From Octopus sinensis (lineage: Eukaryota), in the NCBI RefSeq assembly GCF_006345805.1, contig NC_042999.1:48484001-48548000 (forward strand): a stretch of 64,000 bases of DNA, read 5' to 3'. A program made the translations under genes and the position numbers. Under the pieces are notes generated by a model. That model was not told the origin of the DNA and did not search any database. It saw only the letters and a program-made list of their open reading frames with translations. Below are positions 42,555 through 56,896 of the stretch, piece by piece (the first letter of the stretch is position 1; each line of letters opens with the position of its first letter).

Positions 42555-42700
42555 TTAAAGTGCTCGAAACGTATCACACGCTTTTTTCCCTGAGCGGCTT
42601 ATTAATATTTTACATGTAGCACGTACCCACCTTGCTGTTTTGTTTTCTTCTTGCCCGTTTCTTCCTCCATTTTATCAACTATTACCACACGCTCACACGT
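42555..42700 (+). mobile_element. Penelope-like terminal repeat fragment
   Basis: gctcgaaacgtatcacac...tagcacgtacccaccttgctgttttgttttcttcttgccc matches the reverse complement of 50580-50700. Confidence 0.65.
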
Positions 42701-43099
42701 TCCCCGTCCTCACTACTGGAAAATTCGAAGAAATCTTTAACATGACTACATGGAAGGAATAGGCTTGAGATTTTGGTGGCAAGGGAGACAACTGTGATTT
42801 GGCATACGTGTTGTATAATCAAGCAGTGCGTGTGTTTGTGTGTGTGTGTGTGCGTGCGTGAAGCTAATATGCGTGGGTGTGTGTGAACCAACATTCTACA
42901 AAAACAATACCTTCTTCTATACTCTATGTGTTTATGCATGTATATATGTGTATGAGTGAGTGTGTATCTGAGGCTATCACACCTGTATGAATACGTGTGT
43001 GTGAGTGTAACGCGTGTATATTTCGTGTATTTTTGCGTGTGCGTATGCATGTCTGCAGAGTAGGGATAAGGAGTGTGTGTATTCGTAGATATACGTTCT

Positions 43100-44760
43100 G
43101 TTTGAACGTAAACCTTTGTGCGTGGTGTAGGGAAATAAGCGAAACGGTGAGAGTAGGTTTGTGGGACTAGAAATTGAGGGGGCTGTAGGAACGTAGGAGG
43201 TTAGTCGTGTGTTTACATGTGAAGAGGTTGTTTTAAAGAAAAATAAGTCGAGAAATTTTATGGAAATTTAGAGAGGCTTGCATTATGAGAGATAACAGTC
43301 TCTAGAGTTATGATTTCGAAAGCAAATAAGTCTCGGGGGAATCTGGGTGAGAATCGAGAAGGAAAAGGAATTTAGAAGACGAAGAGCGTGGTTGGTGTTG
43401 TCAGTGTCTGAAAAGAGGGAAGACACTGAGACAACAGGGACGAGTTCGGGGGTATTTAGAGATTCAGTGGGACAATTTCATGTGCAGGCAAAGGAACTGT
43501 CTGTGCTTTGGGGAATATCGATATTAGGAAAGACATGATAGGGTTGCGTGAAGTTCGGAAAGCAATGTTGGAAACTATACGATGTAGGAGATGGAAGAAG
43601 AAATAAATTCTTGGTTGGTGGAAGAAACGAACCGCTGTTTGTGAACTGTGGATTCGGAGGGTAGAGATCGGTAGAAGGTGGTTTCCTGGCGTTGGCTGAG
43701 CGCCCCACCTCTGTAGCGGACCGCACTCTACGCAATCCTAACTCCACAATTGTCTGCAGCTTTGATGACGATGTACTACAGGCATTGGAGCGAACAAAGG
43801 GCTGAGATTCCGTCTTGGGAGAGGCTGAGTTTACGGAGTTACATCTGGAAGCTGAAGAGATCTGGGGAGCAGTGAAAAACGCTTGCTAACTCATTGATTG
43901 CATTTAACTGGCCAGGAACCGGGGTCCAGTACGATTGTTGGAAGCCCAGATCAGTGAAGGAATTGTTTATTCTATTGATGGGGAGCATTGTGGAAGCGAT
44001 CTTGCAATTCACTCGGTGCACAAACAGTTGTATAGCAGCCTGAATTTGAATGTCGTAGCACGGCATGGTAAAAGGTATGAAACGGAAAACTCTACTAAGG
44101 AAAGAAGACACAGCTTCACAGATAGGGAGATCATGGAAATAGTAACAACAGAGTAGAGGGGAGAGGTTTGACTAAAGAACGTTAGTGCATGGGGGAAGAA
44201 GTGGTGGTAGCTGTGGTAGACTGGGAAGAGATACAGAAGAAAGTAGTATAAGGAAAAGGGAAGATAATGCAAGGCTGGGGTGGAAGAGTGAGCAGTGGTG
44301 GAGGGGCGGGGAAAGAGTGGAGGGTTATTACAGGTGTAGTGAAGGGAGGGTTGTAGTGACATCGGTTGGGACAGGATGGAGTGGTGATTCTAGTGCTTAA
44401 TGCGAGCAACAAAGTCATGAAGAAACAGGCTGATGTGGAGAATTTAAACGGAGGATAGAGTGGGTAGCAAAGTGGGAGATGTAGGAAAAGAAGATAAAAT
44501 AGCCAAGTAGTTGAAGAAGGAGAAGGGTACTATTTTCGTGAGACTAGAGCTAACGGATGTGGTACCGCAGATGTCTTCGATAGAGTAGACACAGTGGGCG
44601 GTAGATGGACGTGGAGACGGAAGCCTTTGGGGGATGAGGTTTACATGAAAGTAGCGATTGAGGAAGGAAATATGAATAGAGAAATATGGGCTTCTGAAGG
44701 TGTCTATTTTATGGCTGAGAGATGGTCGGAAGCAGTAGATACGAAACATTTTGAGGTAAT
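43100..44760 (-). mobile_element. Penelope-like element, degraded N-terminus and RT start
   Basis: IVIKAADN (IVIKPADKG motif), QETTFYRSLPS, CPTES...DTNHALRLL; purine-rich plus strand. Outer limits approximate. Confidence 0.7.
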
Positions 44761-45415
44761 GTTTTGATATAGTGGTGTAAATAGAGAAAGAACGATTTAA
44801 AAATCTGTTTGTTGGTCGAATGAGAAACAGAAGATAAAAAAATAAAGGAAGTTATACTCTTTGTGAATTTCCCTTGAAAAGTAACAATTACATTACTATA
44901 TTCATTGAATGGTGGGTATTTAATTGCATATTCTTCACTTTCTCTGATACACTGAACCCCCTCAAGATACCTGAATTATTCTGAAAAAAATGTCATTACC
45001 AATATTTCACAGTAGGAAGCGAGATTCATTACCAAAAAATTTCATTTGAGCAATCTTTGTGCAATGCATTATTCCTCGTTGATTTGGAGAGTGCAAAAAT
45101 AAGTAATATTACTTATGGTATAGGTACATACATGTAACATGTATATGTATGTACAATTCTGCCTCAATTACGTAAAGCGCTTCTATTTGGGGTAGATAAA
45201 GTAAGTATGACTGTACAAGAGAACGCGAGAAAAGTTATAATTGGTGCTTTTTTTTCTTTTACTATACGATGGAACATTTTTGCCAAACTTTTTTTTTCAT
45301 TTTTTTGTAAGGTTCTTGAAACACATATTAAGATTTGAAACAGACAGTGTTATATTCAGCGGGTGGCTATCACACACACAGTATTTATTTGATCTTGATT
45401 TAATAGGTATTGTTA

Positions 45416-45486
<71 letters not shown>

Positions 45487-45955
45487 GAGTGAGAAAGCAG
45501 TGAATGCCATCAAAGTGACATTGGGGTAAAATATACGAAGCCCAGTATACCCATCATGGCTACCCGTCTGATAAGGGTACACCAGGCACATGCATCACGA
45601 CCATCTGTGCGCGACATGGTAATCTCATAACAAGATAAACAGCGCATGACGTTGCAGGTGAGGCCCAATTAGAATTTTCGTCAGGTCCAGTAGCCCATCC
45701 CACTCAAACGGTCCCTGAATAAGGAGCTATGATGCCCCCCACTACTTCTGCTCGTGATCAGAGATGCATGTATCCTCAGCCACGGAGAGACATGCTCAAC
45801 TGGTTATGGTCAAGCAACTGACAAGCAAAGCTCTGGTACTGACCAGAATATTTGCTGTTAGCCCATCTTTTATACCAAGACAAAACAATGTACATGGTAA
45901 CTCCTCCAAACAGTTAAGATAAGAATCCATGAGAGCCAGTGCCTGGTACAGCATC
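45487..45955 (-). mobile_element. (TAA)n-anchored non-coding element, copy 3 (longest 5' extent, internal deletion)
   Basis: Same fixed end; lacks roughly 90 bp present at ~47000-47085 in copy 4. Confidence 0.8.
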
Positions 45956-46003
45956 ATTGAATTTTATCATCATTATGATTATTATTATTATTATTATTAT
46001 TAA

Positions 46004-46072
<69 letters not shown>

Positions 46073-46073
<1 letters not shown>

Positions 46074-46692
46074 TATGTTTGACTTTTGCTTTATGTCTGT
46101 ACAAGTTGGCTCCAAGTCTCACCCAGAGACCTCAAGAGACAACAGGTTGGAAGTTCTGTGCCATATATTTGGGTTTTTTTTTGTATTGTACTAGTGAATG
46201 TCTAATACATAAAAACAAAATTAAATAAAAAATAATAATAATAATAATAATAATATTAAAAAAAATAAAAAAAAAAATAAATAAATAAATTTTAAAAAAG
46301 TTTGTTGTAAACCTTGGGATTACATAGAGAGTATTTTGCGTAGGATATGAGCAGTTCCCATGAGCACTATCTTTTGAATTTCTGCCGTTTTGGGGTTTCC
46401 TGGTATCTGAGTTAGGTAGCAATCAGTCCCTTTCGCTATCATTCCCAGGGCACATATGACAACAGGTATTGTTTTAGTCTTCAGCTTCCACATTTTGCTG
46501 AATTCTATTTCAAGATCTTTATATTTGCTCAGTTTTTGGTAGGTCTTGACAGATACGTTTATATCGATTGGGACAGTCATATCAATGAGGAGGCATGTTC
46601 TTTGTCTGAAGTCTTTCAATATGATGTCTGGCCTATTTGCATCTATCTTCCTGTCAGTTTGAATGGTGAAGTTCCAGAGGAGTGAGATGTAA
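46073..46692 (-). mobile_element. R4/Dong-type family B, 3' end
   Basis: LLIDMTVPIDINVSVKTYQKLSKYKDLEIEFSKMWKLKTKTIPVVICALGMI...ILRKILSM*; (TAA)n flanks. Confidence 0.85.
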
Positions 46693-46762
<70 letters not shown>

Positions 46763-47248
46763 GAGTGAGAGAGCAGTTCATACCATCAAAGTGACACTGG
46801 GGTAAAATATACGAAGCCCAATATACCCATGATGACTACCCGTCAGATATGGGTACACCAGGCACATGCGTCACAACCATATGTGCGCGACATGGTGATC
46901 TCATATCAAGATAAACAGCACATGACCCTGCAGGTGTGGCCCAGTTAGAATTTTCTTCAGGTTGAGTAGCCCATCCCGCTCAAAAAGTCCCTGAATAAGG
47001 GTTGTTTAAGGATTTTGAAAGAACCACCCATGTTTCCAGAGGTGAATTATTAAAACCCCAAAGAATCCCTCTCAACACATGGCTATAATGCTCCCCCACT
47101 ACTTCTGCTCGTGCTCAGAGATGCACATATCGTCAGCCACTAAGGGACATGCCCAATTGGTTAAGGTCAAACAACTGACAAACAAATCTGTGGTATTGAG
47201 CAGAATATTTGCTGTAGCCCATCTTTTATACCAAGATAAAACAATGTA

Positions 47249-47250
<2 letters not shown>
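46763..47250 (-). mobile_element. (TAA)n-anchored non-coding element, copy 4
   Basis: Same fixed end; ~490 bp; (att)n on both sides. Confidence 0.85.
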
Positions 47251-47342
<92 letters not shown>

Positions 47343-47609
47343 TATAGGATTGAGGTAACTCATCCAGAAGATATACAAGCAAAAAAAAAACTGCCATAGT
47401 TATCAAGTGAACGATATTTGGACATGTCTTATCCACGCGTTCAAAAAATTAACTTGTCAATCTACTTCATGTTGGTAATACTTGTAGGATTGAGACAACT
47501 CCTCAAGAATATATAGAAGCAAAAATAAAGGATGAGTGATAACAATGGCACTTTTTTTTCGCTTCTATTTCTTCTGGAGGAGTTACCTCAATCCTATAAG
47601 TATTACGAA

Positions 47610-47945
47610 AAATTCCGCCGAGGTCGACTTTGCCTTTCATCCTTTCGGGTTCGATTAGATAAGTACCAGTTACGCACTGAGGTCGATCTAATCGACTTAA
47701 TCCGTTTGTCTTTCCTTGTTTGTCTTCTCTGTGTTTAGCCCCTTGTGGGTAGTAAAGAAATAGGCATTTCGTCTGCCGCTGCGTTCTGAGTTCAAATTCC
47801 GCCGAGGTCGACTTTGCCTTTCATCCTTTTGGGGTCGATAAATTAAGTTTCAGTTACGCACTGGGGTCGATCTAATCGACTTAATCCGTTTGTCTGTCCT
47901 CGTTTGTCCTCTCTGTGTTTAGCCCCTTGTGGGTAGTAAAGAAAT
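47610..47945 (+). mobile_element. Head-to-tail SINE dimer (period 184 bp)
   Basis: aaattccgccgaggtcgac starts at 47610 and 47794; junction aaagaaata|ggcatttcgtctgcc. Confidence 0.85.
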
Positions 47946-49875
47946 ATATATTACAAGTTTTGTACCCGTGTATTTTATAAGTATGTTATACTATATGTTT
48001 ATTTTTTTTCATTCTCTAGTTATTTATTCATTCATTTTTTTTTCTTTTCTGTTCAGGCTTTTGTCGTCAGGTACTGTTGTGTGGTGGAGTGAGAAGTTCG
48101 GCCTATTTTGTATTATGTATGTGGCGTCCGAAGTCTGACTGATTGTCATGTTCTATGTGTCGATGGGATCCTAAAATCTAACTTATTCGCTGTGCCCCCC
48201 TCTTCTTATTTACCATGCTGTTATAGTACTGACAAATCTTCTCCTTCATGGGTTTCCACCTTTTTCCACTTATCCTATTACTTATGCTATGTGCTGCCTC
48301 CTCAATGTACATCGTTGTCCTCTTCTGCACCGTATCTCTATACACCTCCCCCCATTGACAAAATTACTAGTTTTACTTTTTATCATTAAGCTTCATCTGC
48401 GCACCATACATTTCCTCTCCGTAAAAGAGATTTTTTTTCATATGGATACGTTCTACAGATCAAAGATGTTTTGGGGGTGTGGGAATTGCATAGAAAGAAC
48501 TAAAAGGAAAAGAGGAAAGGTCAGCTGTTGGTATGAGAACCAAAAACGCCAATGTGATGTTCGTTCGTGCTACCCCTAGAGACGAACTATCCTAAAGTAA
48601 AATGAATCTACAGATTGAAGTTTTAGAATGGCCAGAACCTTTCTGGTGGTGAGCATTTTTTATTTTTTTTACGAGATTTACCTAGCATATTCAGTATGGA
48701 GAGGGGGCGTAAAGTGGGTGGCGTAAGGTAAGGCAATGTTTGAGGTGTTACTTGCTTACAGGTTCATATTTCAGTTATCCATGGTTACTTATATGAGGGA
48801 TTTTATTTGCTGAAAAAAATAGTGGGATCCCTCTTACGTCGATGTCACCAAAATGGAACGGTTAAAGCTAAGTTCTTTCACGCTGTTGCATAAAAACTCC
48901 ACTTGATTTTACAAAAAAAAATTGTTACAAATTCCTAGCTAACATGTATATGTAACAATTTTTGTACAATATGAGAATATGTTTATATTTACGTATAAAC
49001 GACCAATCAAGAAACCAATAAGGAATTTTGTTTTGAAATTTATGTCAGTTAACTTAAGTGTTATACACTTAAATAATAATAAAATGTAATATTGTAACTA
49101 ATATAATTATCAGTATAATTAACTGAAGTATTACATCTGAAAACGGGAAATACTCATAGGTAAGTCCTGTAATAATATATTTACAACACTCTCCCACATT
49201 TTATAAACATCCTCTTGATTTTGTAAACGTCATTTTGAAATCCATATTACTTCGTATTTTCTGTTGTTTTTCAAACATTAATATGCAATGTTATATTCTT
49301 TTATCGGATATCAAGAAACGAATAAGAATCTAGGTATACTCCTCCTGCCAAAATTCCATAATTCAGATATACATTTTTTTTTTACCTAGTTATAAATAAT
49401 TTGCTGCTAATAATTTTAGCAAACTTCAAGGTAGGAGAATTGAGAAAATCAGTAGAAATATCTCCCATACTTATTTACGTATAGATTTCAAATCCCACCT
49501 AAGTCAACTTCCACTGGCCTTTTCGTTCATTCTTTCTTGTTAGATGTCTGATAAAATATATTCTTAGTAAAGTGTGACGGTTCAATATGGAGCTACACGA
49601 CTTTATTCCAGTCTTCGAAAGAATTCGTTTAATGTATTTTATGTGTGAAGTTACTTTTAAATAATGTTATCTTAATATTTGAATATTTTCCTCCTGACAT
49701 TATATGCAACGTTCGTGAAGGTCATAAGCAGATGACAATTTAGTATCTTAATTATTGAAACTCCTAAGAATAACAAGTGAGTGTATAAAATACAGCATTC
49801 ATAAATATATATATATATATATATATAATATATATATATATATACACATATATATATACGCATGTATATATACAT

Positions 49876-49938
<63 letters not shown>

Positions 49939-49945
49939 CACATAT

Positions 49946-50017
<72 letters not shown>

Positions 50018-50293
50018 AAAAATTGACAGTTTGTTTCTAACATAGTCTTCATTTCCGTAATGCTGTTAAAATATAAATAAGATGCTCGAAATATATTTTT
50101 CTTTCATATTGATATAAACAACAAAATAATACGTTATTAAAAATATAAGGAAATAAATTGAAACATTATGACACTAATCATACGATCATGTCATGCTGTT
50201 CACAATTGTCTGCTCAATACCTATAATCATATACACATAAATATACACACACAAACGATTATATATGTCTGTACATATATATCTATTTATGTA

Positions 50294-50390
<97 letters not shown>

Positions 50391-50454
50391 GTGTGTGTGT
50401 GTGTGTGTGTCTATTTGTGTGTGTGTTTATGTGTGTGTGTGTGTATTATATAAT

Positions 50455-50760
50455 CAAGGTGTAGAAATTGCGTACTCCGAAAGGATAAGGTAATGTAATC
50501 CAATGGTAGAAAGAATTCCGCAAATTTTGTACTCCAAATCCAGTAGTGAGGACGGGGGTCCGTGTGAGCGTGCGGTAAATAGTTGATAAAAAATGGAGGA
50601 AGAAATGGGCAAGAAGAAAACAAAACAGCAAGGTGGGTACGTGCTACATGTAAAGTATTAATAAGCCGCACAGGGAAAGAAAGGGTGTGATACGTTTCGA
50701 GCAAAGTTCTTCTTCAGAAGCAGGAGACGGAGGAAAGTCCAAAGAAAAAGGCACATGGTG
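50455..50760 (-). mobile_element. Penelope-like terminal repeat with hammerhead-like core
   Basis: Minus strand ctgaagaagaactttgctcgaaacgta (50691-50717); homologous to 42555-42700. Confidence 0.6.
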
Positions 50761-51099
50761 GAAAAATCACCAACAATCCACATGTAGTTACATTTTGGAA
50801 TGACCGGAAGAAGGTTGACAAAAAAGTGATTTCTGAGACAAGAGAGTTAAAACAAATGTATATAAAAATAACCATGACAATCAGATAAACCTTCATGAGA
50901 AAATATAGAAAACAATAAGAAAATATAAGTAGAAATACATAGAATGCAACCAAGAAATATGCTGCTCGAATGGTAGCAAAAAAGATACAAACTCGAAGGA
51001 ACTTTGCGTATAACTAACTAGTAGATATAACGGCAGAAGCGATATTATGCTGAACCTTAGAAGTGAAATAAACTGCCCCACATATACAAAACACTACGA

Positions 51100-52080
51100 A
51101 GAAATAGGATAGCAAAGCCCCAGACTTGTGGACGACCACCATGAAAGAGGGATATGCCCTAACATCAACAACCACGCAATACATAATAATGCTTGAAATA
51201 ATAGGAATTCCAGTTGCAAAATTCTAATGCATTTCTACACCGCGATCTAGAAACACATTCCCGGGTCCGACAAATACCATAGGATATTCAATACCCATTA
51301 TGTCCGACTGTCTTTTTCCACTACCTATAACCTAGCGCAGATCATAGCAGCATAACATTTGAGAAGACTATCGTACCTCCGATGGCCCGACGGAAATAGT
51401 AGACATGACAAGAAAACTGATACGGTTAACGGGAATATTGAAAACGTTAACACGGGAGACAGGACAGGAATTGAGAATAACAGAAGAAATGCGAACACTA
51501 ATAATACATAATGTATCAGAGGGCAAGCAGTCGACGTAAGACAATTTTAACACAAGCCTTGACAGTCAACAAGACAGGGCGTGGAAATTGCTAGAAATAG
51601 CAGCCCACAAACACCTATGGTTATAAAGCTAAGGAAAAATAATAGATCGATAGGGATAAGGTCAGCAGAGAGGCACTACAACACAATAGATAATAGGACC
51701 GTAAGCGCGAGATTTTTCACGAGAATGCTAGTGTATCGATGGAAAATAATATCTAAGAGAAGGACGTTCCTCTATATAGGGGCCAGTTCGCTAACTTTCA
51801 AAAAACCTGGCAAACTTTTTAAATTCGTTGTGGGATAGAAATAAGATGAACACCACGAGCTTAAGCAGGCTAATCAGGTACCTTAAAAATAGGCACTATA
51901 GCTTTATCACAGTGTAGGAGAGAATTAGTATGGCTAAACCACGTGAAACAGGGGGAAATATATGTAAGTTATATATAGAAGGAATGAAACAAATCTTTGC
52001 ATCGAGACACAACTTATTTGATAGCAGGTTGGAGCAGGCCATAAATGCTTACACATGTAAGCCAAAACATTTAAGAATTT
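51100..52080 (+). mobile_element. Penelope-like element C-terminus (GIY-YIG), degraded
   Basis: YHRIFNTHYVRLSFSTTYNLAQIIA, VYRWKI...FLYIGAS, NTTSLSRLIRYLK, SRLEQAI. Confidence 0.7.
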
Positions 52081-53446
52081 AACACGTGTTGTAGATTACT
52101 CCATTGGGAAGGACAAAATAGAAGTTCATCTCCTTAAATTCCCAACTACATGCATTTCTTCTTTACTAACATAGTATATCTGTGGTGGTTTGGCGTCCCG
52201 TTCAGCTGGAGGACACATACGCCATAAAAACCGGGAAACCGGGCCCATGAGCCTGGCTAGGCTTTAAAAGGCCGCATAAAAAATAAATTGTATATATTCT
52301 TTTTCCTATCCACTGAGCAGCATAATAAATACCAATACTACGAAAATTTCTCAATAATTAAGACAATAAGATGTAATTGAATTACCCTGAAATAAAATAC
52401 ATTACAAGTCCTATACTTAAAAGTAAGCTTATTAAGTAATCAATTACAGCAATACACAAAGAGAACAGTCAAAACAACAACATGAACATTGACCAAATTA
52501 GATGGAATTCTGACATCAGCCCGCAATCGGTGTGAAGCCGAGTTCACCCACACAAGTTTACAAACAGATCGATTTAAAATTTCAAACAACATCCCTTCGC
52601 TTCCCCTGAACCCTAACCAATAAACAACTACCAGAATTCAGTTCGCTTCGAACAAAGGTATTTGTGAAACTCTGAATGAAGATGCTCAGAAAATTATGCC
52701 CTATTCCATATTCAACTGCCCGTACTCTGTGAAGCGGAGACACGGAAACACGTGTAGGTTGTTGTAACCATAAAAGAAATATGCTGTATGACATTCTATA
52801 ATAAATTTTGAAGATGCTCCAGTCTCTATGTTCTCTATCGTTATAATTAATACTTATGTACACTCCATCGATAAATCTATGTTCATGAAGCGAAGACGGA
52901 ATTGCCCATCGGAAGAATTTACAGAGTGAGTAACTCCTCGTCTTAGTCATAGACGTTAAATACTAATCGATGCGGTCAGCCGTAACCTGGAACATAAATG
53001 AGAGCCACAACAGTATCCAGCAAGATAATTTATCGCTTAAACTCACATTAATTTGTATGTGTGTCTGTATGTATATATATGCGTGTGTGTGTGTATGTGT
53101 GTGTCCAATCGTGATACATACATACATACACATATATGCACACATATATACACATATATATACATACAGACATGTGTGTATGTGCGTGCGTAATAGATGC
53201 GTATAAAGCTAAGGAGGGAATTATGAGATTATAGAAGGAAATATTTAATACTAGAGTTCATAACGTCATAACAACTCTATGTGGCAGGCATTGCTATGAA
53301 TGTATGCTGCAGTTTTCAAAACAGAAGCAGGAATAATCTACTACGCATATATTACAATAAGAAATTATGCGATAGATACCAAGTACGTCAAAGGACAGCT
53401 ACTCGTTTATTCACTGCTTAACTGTTGTTGGCATCAAGGACAGTGG

Positions 53447-53492
<46 letters not shown>

Positions 53493-54725
53493 AACAGGAG
53501 TGGACGAAATAAGAAAGTCTTATATACAACTCAGGAATAAAATCTCCGACAAAGGCGGTAAAAAACCGCCAGATTGTTGCTTATCTAAAACGTCTGCAAA
53601 AATGTATGTACAAGTTCTGATGTTTGATATTTCCTGAATATTATAAGGGAAGGAAAACAACTTTATTATTCTAGCTGTTTATTTGAAAGCTTAATCTGGG
53701 TCATTTTTGATGGGAATGCAAAATATTAGTACATATGAGCCCGATATATCAAACGGCAATTGACATATTATGGTCAAATGGTGAGTGTGATGATGTTCAA
53801 TTCTCCACTTGATGGTATGTGACAAGAATTCTGCCACAGAAACATCTAGGAAAAAACTTGAAACTTTTACTATCATTTTTCCATATACACATTTTTCTTT
53901 GTCAGAAATGGAGCTTTATAACTCAAATCTAATACACACTTATACGTATGCATATGCACAACGTACGCATAGAAACAAGCACACACACATAAACACATGC
54001 ACTCACGCACACCTTCACGCTCCCACACTCAAACATAGATATATATGTAAATTACATATACGCTTGAACATTTCTAGGTTTAAGTTAATTATTTCGTCTC
54101 TTTCATCTAAGAATATAATCGAAATATTTGTCCAGATGTTTGTGATGTAAGTCATATTGACGTTTTGTATGCCACACTTTTCACTACGATAGGAATATTG
54201 CATTTTCATTTAACAGGGATTTATTCAAGATACTGATTTCCTTTGGAAAAGAATGAAATAATTTTATAAAGATTGGTAAATATTGTTGATGAATTCACAT
54301 TTTCTGAGTGATATGATGTTAAATACTTGAGTTATTCATCCATCATTCAAACATATCTGTCAGTGACAGAAAAATAATAGCGACAGTGTTTAGTACAAAG
54401 GATCAACTTATTAAATTGTTAGGCGTATATATAAAAGGGGCATGCATACGCGATTACAATTACATCGTTCTGGGGAGCTATTAGTGGGATGTGAATTTAA
54501 AAATTAGATGATTGTAATATATATATATAACAACAAATAAATCTGATAGTGTTCCGTTTCTGTAACGCCAAAAAAATTTCCGATCAGTTTGATCAACTCT
54601 TGTATATGGCAGCTATTTCCCTGATCTACATCACAAGTATAAAACAATCGGCAATATGGAGAATCATATATGTACATACTTCGTATTATGACGAATTAAG
54701 AAAACTTATAAAGCCTATAGTTTAT

Positions 54726-54757
<32 letters not shown>

Positions 54758-54785
54758 ATATATATATAATATATATATATATATT

Positions 54786-55051
54786 GTTGTGTCGGGGGAG
54801 AGTCATTCTCTTTTGGTGCCTTATTATTTAACACACACACGGGTAAAATTTCCCCTTATTTCTTTTCTCTTCTTCTAAAATGTTCGTTGCATCTTGCAAC
54901 CTTTTCAATAGTTTTGATTCTCGAAAGTATTCAAAAAGGTTGCAAAATGCAACAAATTTTAGAAAAATGAAAAAGAAATAAGTGGAAATGTTACCGGTGA
55001 ATGGGTTAAATTATAAGGCAGCAAAATAGAATGACACACTCTAGACACAAC
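54786..55051. repeat. Imperfect 266-bp palindrome (arms ~131 bp, 3-nt loop)
   Basis: gttgtgtc...ttttga ttc tcgaaag...gacacaac; roughly 80% arm identity by eye. Confidence 0.85.
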
Positions 55052-55117
55052 AGTATATGTCTCATCACACGAATTCATATAAAGAATCTTGCAAACCAAA
55101 TCCAAACGCAAAATATA

Positions 55118-55680
55118 TTGGGTTGTCCGGAAAGTTCGTGCTGATTTTTAAAGGAAAGAAAAAGGTCAATAAATACTTGCCATTACATTTTTAATCAACC
55201 AAATATGAAACATTTCGTTGCACAATGCGTCTCCATCTTTCCTTTAACTTGAAAATACCCTCTTACCAGAATCCAGTTGGTTTCATGGCAAAGAATTCAC
55301 CAAGGTACTTTTTTACGTTATCCCAGGAATTAAAATTTTTACCATTAAAACTATTCTGCAGAGACCTGAATAAGTGGAAATCTGAAGGAGCAATATCTGG
55401 TGAATATGGATGGTGGGGTGATTCATCCCAGCCGAGCTGCAGCAATTCATGTCTAGTTCCCAAAATATTAAGCGCCAAAAGTGAACTTTCTTATCTCGCA
55501 TTTTAAAGGGTTACAGAATTGACACAGGTTTCAGGAACATAAACCTTCTTCCACGAAAATATAACTTAAATTGTGCTCTAAATGGAGGTGTAGTCAAATC
55601 CTATATTATTGACTCAACCATGTTCTAAAATAAATGTAAATTAAACTACTATAAATCGGCACAAACTTTCCGGACAACCA
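55118..55680 (-). mobile_element. Internally deleted mariner element, copy 2
   Basis: Same TIRs as 34707-35272; ORF 55263-55478 has HHPYSPDIAPSDFHLFRSLQN (YSPDLAP-D mariner motif). Confidence 0.9.
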
Positions 55681-55690
55681 TATATATATA

Positions 55691-55756
<66 letters not shown>

Positions 55757-56081
55757 ATATAATATTTTTTATAATTATAATTAGTGTTCAACCCCGAAAA
55801 ATTGCTTTACCACATAGCGAAATTTAGAAATAGCAGCCAAAGAACATAGCTATTTCTTCTACCGTAAGAAAAAACTCCCACATAACATATACTCAAAAAC
55901 AATTCACGAAGGCAGAGAGGAGAAATCAACGAAATTCACTCGGCATTTGACATATATATATATATATATATTATATATATTAACAATTGAGGATAAAATC
56001 TTTAAAAGAAATTATCAGTAGTCAGCGTGAAAAACCTCGTAAGAGAAAAAATCCGTAAATTCTTCCTCTTTGAAAATATTC

Positions 56082-56353
56082 ATTTATATTATATTGAGGG
56101 TACATCTATTCGTAGATACCAACACGCTAAGAGGGACCAATGCGGTCAAAACTACTAAAAATAAACAAAATTTTACCGAATGCAAAACTTCAAAACACAT
56201 AATTTTAAAAAATGATATGTAACTGAATTCTTTTTTAAAATGATGTGTTTTGAAGTTTTGCATTCGGTAAAATTTTGTTTATTTTTAGTAGTTTTGACCG
56301 CATTGGTCCCTCTTAGCGTGTTGGTATCTACGAATAGTAGTACCCTCAATATA

Positions 56354-56361
<8 letters not shown>
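56082..56361. repeat. Near-perfect palindrome: 131-bp arms, 18-nt loop
   Basis: Arms 56082-56212 and 56231-56361; three mismatches counted by eye. Confidence 0.95.
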
Positions 56362-56405
<44 letters not shown>

Positions 56406-56414
56406 TATATATAT

Positions 56415-56600
56415 CGAGGTGGGGTCTGAAAAGTTCTTGGCTTTGGGTAAAAAAAATACAGGTAGATCAGCTACTTAAGATTTTATTCAGCATATTCCAT
56501 TCTCAGATTCACATGCTTATTGCAGTGGCCCTTCAATTTTTCTTCTCCATGTAAAAGAAGGTAGAAAGTTGGGACTCCAACAACACTTTTTGTGATACCC
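56415..56600 (-). mobile_element. Mariner terminal fragment (different family)
   Basis: TA-tcgaggtggggtctgaaaagttcttggcttt resembles mariner TIRs; adjacent sequence resembles a transposase 3' end. Confidence 0.45.
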
Positions 56601-56644
56601 TCAAGGTTTGGAACTTTTCAGTACCTTTTGTGTATATATGTTCT

Positions 56645-56835
56645 TTTATTCTTTTACTTGTTTCAATCTGTGGCCATGCTGGAGTACTGCAAATCAACCC
56701 CAGGACTTATCCTTTGTAATCTTAGTACTTCTTATCTCGGTCTCTTTTGCTGAACCACTAAGTTACGAGGATGTAAACACACCAGCATCAGTTGTTAATT
56801 GATGGTGGGGGACAAACGCAGACAGACAAACATAA
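56645..56835 (-). mobile_element. SINE tail fragment (second family)
   Basis: Reverse-complement homology to 60640-60725. Confidence 0.65.
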
Positions 56836-56896
56836 AATGTAATTATTCTTTTTTCATTCCAGGTGCCATTATATTAAACATTTGCAAAGAGTAACT

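Noticed and set aside
46800-46900. 5S rRNA-like words (gatcacc, tagt..gatgggt..ctggg) in the TAA-anchored element
   Set aside because: Spacing does not match the 5S internal promoter and the matches are short.
53554-53570. ggcggt-aaaaa-accgcc hairpin resembling a bacterial terminator
   Set aside because: 6-bp stem with no U-tract in a eukaryotic context; expected by chance.
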